From positions 4,340,001-4,404,000 of the forward strand of contig CM075988.1 in NCBI GenBank assembly GCA_038087875.1: a DNA stretch of 64,000 nucleotides, in the 5' to 3' direction. The first letter of the stretch is position 1; each line of letters starts with the position of its first letter. This DNA is from Malacoraja senta (Eukaryota). A program made the translations under genes and the position numbers. The notes under the pieces were generated by a model. The model did no database searches. It was not told the origin of the DNA and saw only the letters and a list, made by a program, of their open reading frames with translations. Positions 60,960 to 64,000 of the stretch are shown here, piece after piece.

Positions 60960-61490
60960 ACCAAACATAAACTAGGCAATGGTTTCACCAAACACTGCAC
61001 TCAGCCCGCCAAGGCCTGCTGCGGCTATTGGTCGCCAACCATTTCAACTTTCCTTCCCCTTCCCGTACCAACCTTTCTTTCCTTGACCTCCTCCATTGCC
61101 AGAGAGAGGCCACACACAATGACGAGATGAATACCTCCTCATGTTCCGCTTGGCTGGTTTACAATGCAACAGCTTTTATACTGAACTCTCCAATTTCAAA
61201 ATATGCACCTTCCCCCCAACCACTTTCCTCTCTCTTTCTCCAGCCTCCGGTGTGAGTACATTTCTCCCACCATCTCCCACCACCCTGGTCACCTTACTCC
61301 TTTTCCCTTCTCCATGCACATCTTCCACGTCTGAATCCTACGTTTTCATTTAAATCCCCCCTCTTTTCCCTTCCACCCTGTCTCCTTCCTTCCCATTTCC
61401 CCCTCACCAGCTTTACATTTCACCCCTCCTCTTCGCTCCTTATCTGACACCCTTTTCACCTCCTCTCTTTGTCACCTGCAACACCCATCT
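60960..61490 (+). mobile_element. Decayed Penelope-like 3' end
   Basis: VANHFNFPSPSRTNLSFLDLLHCQ followed by a pyrimidine-rich UTR. Confidence 0.65.
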
Positions 61491-61492
61491 GA

Positions 61493-61739
61493 ACCGGGTT
61501 CGATCCCGACTACGGGTGCTGTCTGTACAACGTTTGTACGTTCTCTCGTGACCGCGTGGGTTTTCTCCGGGTGCTCTGGTTTCCTCCCGCACTCCAACAA
61601 CATACAGGTTTGTAGGTTGATTGGCTTCAGTAAAGTTCTAAATTGTCCCTAGTGTGTAGAATAGTACTAGTGTACGGAGATCGCTGGTCGGCGCAGACTC
61701 AGTGGACCGACAGGCCTTTTGCCAGACTGTATCTCTAAA
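61493..61739 (+). mobile_element. HE1/V-SINE-type SINE (5' truncated)
   Basis: B-box, core, tail. Confidence 0.8.
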
Positions 61740-62131
61740 GACACCCTTACTAATCAACTTTTCAATTTCCCTTTAAAAATGTCAAATGACATGGCATCCA
61801 AGCCGTCTGTGACAATGAATTCCAAAGATTCACCATCCTCCTTTCTTTATTTAAATTAAAATTAAAGGCATTTAAATTCATGTAGTGATTACATTCCAGA
61901 CCTAAATGGTAACAGTGATCATAAAATGTTCAGTTACAAGGAAAACCAATCTTCATGAATGTCTTTCAAAGAAAACAATGTCTGTCAGTCATACCTGGCC
62001 TTGTCTACAGGTGATTCCATACATAGGTTTTCACTTTTCACCATTTTTTTATATTCAATAAATCTGAGCATTACAGTAATGTCCACATCCTGTGAATGAA
62101 TGATTAAATAACTTAGCTTGTGGCTATATTT

Positions 62132-62362
62132 GGTTTAGTTTAGTTTAGTTGAGAGATGCAGTGCGGAAACAGGCCCTTCGGCCCTTCGGCCCACCGTTCA
62201 ACGCTGACAAGCGATCCCTGCACATTAACACTACCCGACACACACAAAGGACAATTTTACATCTATACCAAGCTAATTAACCTACAACCCTGTACGAAGG
62301 GCCAGTGTGGAAAAAGGCCCTTTGGCCCACCGAGTCCGTGCCGACCAGCGTTCCCCTACACT
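62132..62362 (-). mobile_element. HE1-type SINE 3' fragments
   Basis: Tail and partial core, partly duplicated. Confidence 0.7.
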
Positions 62363-62439
62363 AACCTCTGCCCACAGTCCCCCCTGCAGCCCAACACTCT
62401 CCCCCTCAATCCCCCTAGTCCACTTCCTCTGCCCTTTCT

Positions 62440-64000
62440 TTGGTGAGTCTGACCACCAATGCTGAGCAGATGAAGAAGGAGGTGAGCAGACTCCGGCGAG
62501 GCCAAGGTGCAGGTCCCGATGGTGTCACTCTAGGGTGCTCAAGGCATGTGTTTAGGAAGGAACTGCAGATGCTGGAAAATCGAAGGTAGACAAAAGTGCT
62601 GGAGAAACTCAGCGGGTGCAGCAGCATCTATGGAGCGAGAAGGGTTTCGGCCCGAAAGGTTGCCTTTTTCATAATAGGCAATGTTTCGGGCCGAAACCCT
62701 TCTTCAGACTGCTTAAAATTTATAGTGGATGTCGGTCAGAAGTCTGTCACCTGCGATGGAGATAGTGAGGTCAAGAAATGGTAGGGAAATGTCGGAAATG
62801 GTGCAGGTGTATTTTGAGTGCCGGATGGAAGTTAGTGGTGAAGCGGATGAAGTCAGTCAGTTGTGTGTGGGTGCAGGAGGTGGCACCAAAGGAATCGTCG
62901 GTGTAGCGGAGGTAGAGGTCGGGAATAGGGCCCTGGCATGCCTCGAACAAGGTTTGTTTGACATACCCGACAAAGAGGCAGGCGTAGCTGGGGCCCATGC
63001 ATGTGCCCATAGCTACGCCTTGTATTTGGTGGAAATGGGAGGAGTCAAACGAGAAGTTATTGAGGGTAAGGACCAACTCCGCTAGGCAGAGGAGAGTATC
63101 AGTGAACGGGTATAGGTTGATTCTCTGGTCAAGGAAGAACCGGAGGGCATGGAGACCATCCTGGTGGGGGATGGAGGTGTAGAGTGACTGGACGTCCATG
63201 GTGAAGATGAGCGGATGGGGGCCTAGAGAATGGAATGCCTGGAGACAACGGAGAGTGTCTGAGGTGTCTTGAACATAGGTAGGGAGGGATTTAACCAGGG
63301 GGGATAGGATGGAGTCAAGGTATGTGGAAATAAGTTACCAGGACACTCTGAACAAGGGTTTCGGCCTGAAACGTTGCCTATTTCCTTCACTCCATAGATG
63401 CTGCTGCACCCACTGAGTTTCTCCAGCACTTTTATCTGCTCAAGGCATGTGCCAGCCAGTTGTGCGGAGTACTCCAACATACCTTCAACCTGAGCCTGAG
63501 CCTGGAGAAGGTTCCCGTGATGTGGAAGACATCCTGCCTGGTTCCTGTACCAAAGAGGACGCGTCCCAGCTCCTCCAATGACTACAGACCGGTGGCGCTG
63601 ACTTCACACATCATGAAGTCCCTGGAGAGGCTGGTGCTCACTTACCTGGTGACCCCTGGTTAAACCCTACCTGGACCCCCTGCAGTTCGCTCACCAAGCA
63701 AAGTTGGAGGTTGAGGACGCCATCACCCACCTGCTCCATCATTCCTATGCTCACCGGGATAAGCCGGGAAGCATTGTGAGAATCATGTTTTTTGACTTCC
63801 ACAGTGCTTTTAACACCATCCGGCCTGCACTGCTAGGGAGCAAACTGACGAAGATGCGGGTGGATACTCCACTGGTGTCTTGGATCACCAACTACCTGAC
63901 TGGACGACCACAATATGTCAGGCAACAGAACTGTGTCTCGGACATGGTGGTGAGCAACACAGGGGCCCCACAGGGATGGTCCTTTCTCCATTCCTGTTCA
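62440..64000 (+). mobile_element. Rex1/Babar LINE RT region (62440-62550, 63437-64000), runs off window end
   Basis: AGPDGV; FNLSLSLEKVPVMWKTSCLVPVPK...[40 protein letters not shown]. Confidence 0.88.
62551..63436 (-). mobile_element. Penelope-like insertion: RT core between two inverted terminal repeats, 15-bp TSD
   Basis: TSD tgctcaaggcatgtg at 62536-62550 and 63437-63451; ORF 62771-63199 MDVQSLYTSIPH...QIQGVAMGT.MGPSYA...YLRYTDD. Confidence 0.88.

Overview
Eukaryotic, transposon-dense DNA with no recognisable host gene. The repeat set (HE1/V-SINE-type tRNA SINEs with CR1-type tails, plus CR1, L2, Rex1/Babar, Tx1, Penelope and DIRS elements) points to a cartilaginous fish, probably a skate or ray; this is inference. 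Main content: three terminus-complete DIRS1-type tyrosine-recombinase retrotransposons (4286-7717 +, 35662-40618 -, 42165-46656 +), one with the RT deleted and Gag fused in frame to RNase H/adenine-methyltransferase; a 2.05-kb non-autonomous Helitron loaded with satellites; PIF/Harbinger-type MITEs, one of which seeded a >1.5-kb C/T array next to a 200-N gap; more than 20 SINE copies; and many LINE fragments. The most interesting signals are RNA-level. A 144-bp TSD-flanked retroposon begins exactly at G1 of a minimal HDV-like ribozyme fold (9420-9473, -). About 19 minimal hammerhead-like cores sit in Penelope-derived repeats that are often foldbacks. All calls were made by eye, and repeat boundaries are approximate unless stated as exact.
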